Shown here: positions 41,859 to 42,366 of the stretch, one piece after another
Numbering within the stretch: position 1 is the stretch's first letter
Layout of the letters: every line of letters starts with the position of its first letter
Source: Oscillospiraceae bacterium
GTDB lineage: Bacteria > Bacillota > Clostridia > Oscillospirales > Oscillospiraceae
Direction of reading: 5' to 3'
NCBI GenBank assembly: GCA_036647315.1
Contig: JAVXKN010000001.1
Location: 1 to 42,366, forward strand
DNA length: 42,366 nucleotides
Position numbers and translations under genes: made by a program
The notes under the pieces: generated by a model
Told to the model about the DNA's origin: nothing
Seen by the model: only the letters and a program-made list of their open reading frames with translations
The model's database searches: none

Positions 41859-42366
41859 TCACGATTCCGCAGTCGGGGCTGCTTTCTTGCGAAGCCACTG
41901 GCGCAGCAACGCGGCGCATTGCACCAGCAGCACCACAAGCAGTACCAGTCGGATGTAATCCCCGCAGACTTGAATGAGGGACACCATCCCCTGATTGAAC
42001 GGTTTATGTGACTGGGGCGTTAAAAGAAAGTGGCGAACTAGCCCGTTTTGTGCAAAGCCGAAGCCCACCAGCAGCAATAAATTTGCCAGCGTCAGCAAAC
42101 CATGCTTGCGGTTGAGGGTCAGCGCGACCTTGCGGAAGGACCACAGCGTCAGGCAGATGAGCAAAATGCCTCCGAGAAACTGCCCCCAACCAATGGCGAG
42201 CCGCATATAGTTCATAGAGGGCTCAAACTGGGGGGTGAGCTGAATGATGCGCCAAGTAATTCCGGAGGCATAGCGGAGATACAGGTCTGCCGAGAGGTAG
42301 AGGGCCCACCCGCACCACAGCCCGGTCCGCCGGCGGGTGTACAGGCAGAGCAGTCCGCAGAGCAAA
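41859..42366 (-). CDS. Hypothetical integral membrane protein, C-terminal part (gene continues beyond the window end)
   Basis: The open frame runs to the window edge and has several hydrophobic helices. I recognise no family. Confidence 0.4.
   Translation of the reverse strand, partial: LLCGLLCLYTRRRTGLWCGWALYLSADLYLRYASGITWRIIQLTPQFEPSMNYMRLAIGWGQFLGGILLICLTLWSFRKVALTLNRKHGLLTLANLLLLVGFGFAQNGLVRHFLLTPQSHKPFNQGMVSLIQVCGDYIRLVLLVVLLVQCAALLRQWLRKKAAPTAES

Overview
GC-rich chromosomal segment from a spore-forming Clostridia-like Firmicute; the taxon is an inference from dpaAB, gene content and Gram-positive-type RBS and promoter signals. The left ~10.6 kb is housekeeping: the 5' part of pyk, a CBS/CorC protein, a ClC channel co-transcribed with L-serine dehydratase sdaAB/sdaAA, a beta-CASP MBL hydrolase, pncB, a GNAT, dipicolinate synthase dpaAB and cutC. 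From ~10.6 to 38.8 kb lies one contiguous L-fucose utilisation island with four parts. (i) A Cof-type HAD phosphatase and an AraC regulator, divergent from fucU, a RhaB-family kinase and fucI. (ii) A MocR regulator. (iii) A three-component sugar sensor (membrane-anchored binding protein, LytS/YesM-type kinase, CheY-AraC regulator), divergent from a ribose/xylose-type sugar ABC importer. (iv) A 12.5 kb B12-independent glycyl-radical-enzyme microcompartment (GRM) operon: GRE, activase, PduU-like shell protein, class II aldolase, PduP-like dehydrogenase, Zn-ADH, four BMC-H, PduL, BMC-P, PduS-like, PduT-like and DeoR. The right end carries cell-envelope genes: an NlpC/P60 hydrolase, a small hypothetical protein, a GT-C-like membrane protein and a partial membrane protein. 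I saw no rRNA, tRNA, CRISPR, IS or prophage genes. The GRM belongs to an already described class (aldolase-containing fucose/rhamnose GRM), so I do not claim a new system. The features worth follow-up are listed here. A Cys4 motif lies between the aldolase core and its encapsulation peptide. Two shell hexamer paralogs have remodelled pore loops. The GRE and its short activase lack a recognisable targeting peptide. A Zn-type ADH with a targeting peptide is the only alcohol dehydrogenase in the island. A triple stem-loop follows the shell genes. An internal promoter shares an upstream box with the main promoter. A possible leaderless uORF overlaps the GRE start. Regulation appears tiered. All calls rest on reading the translated ORFs and the DNA; no searches were run.
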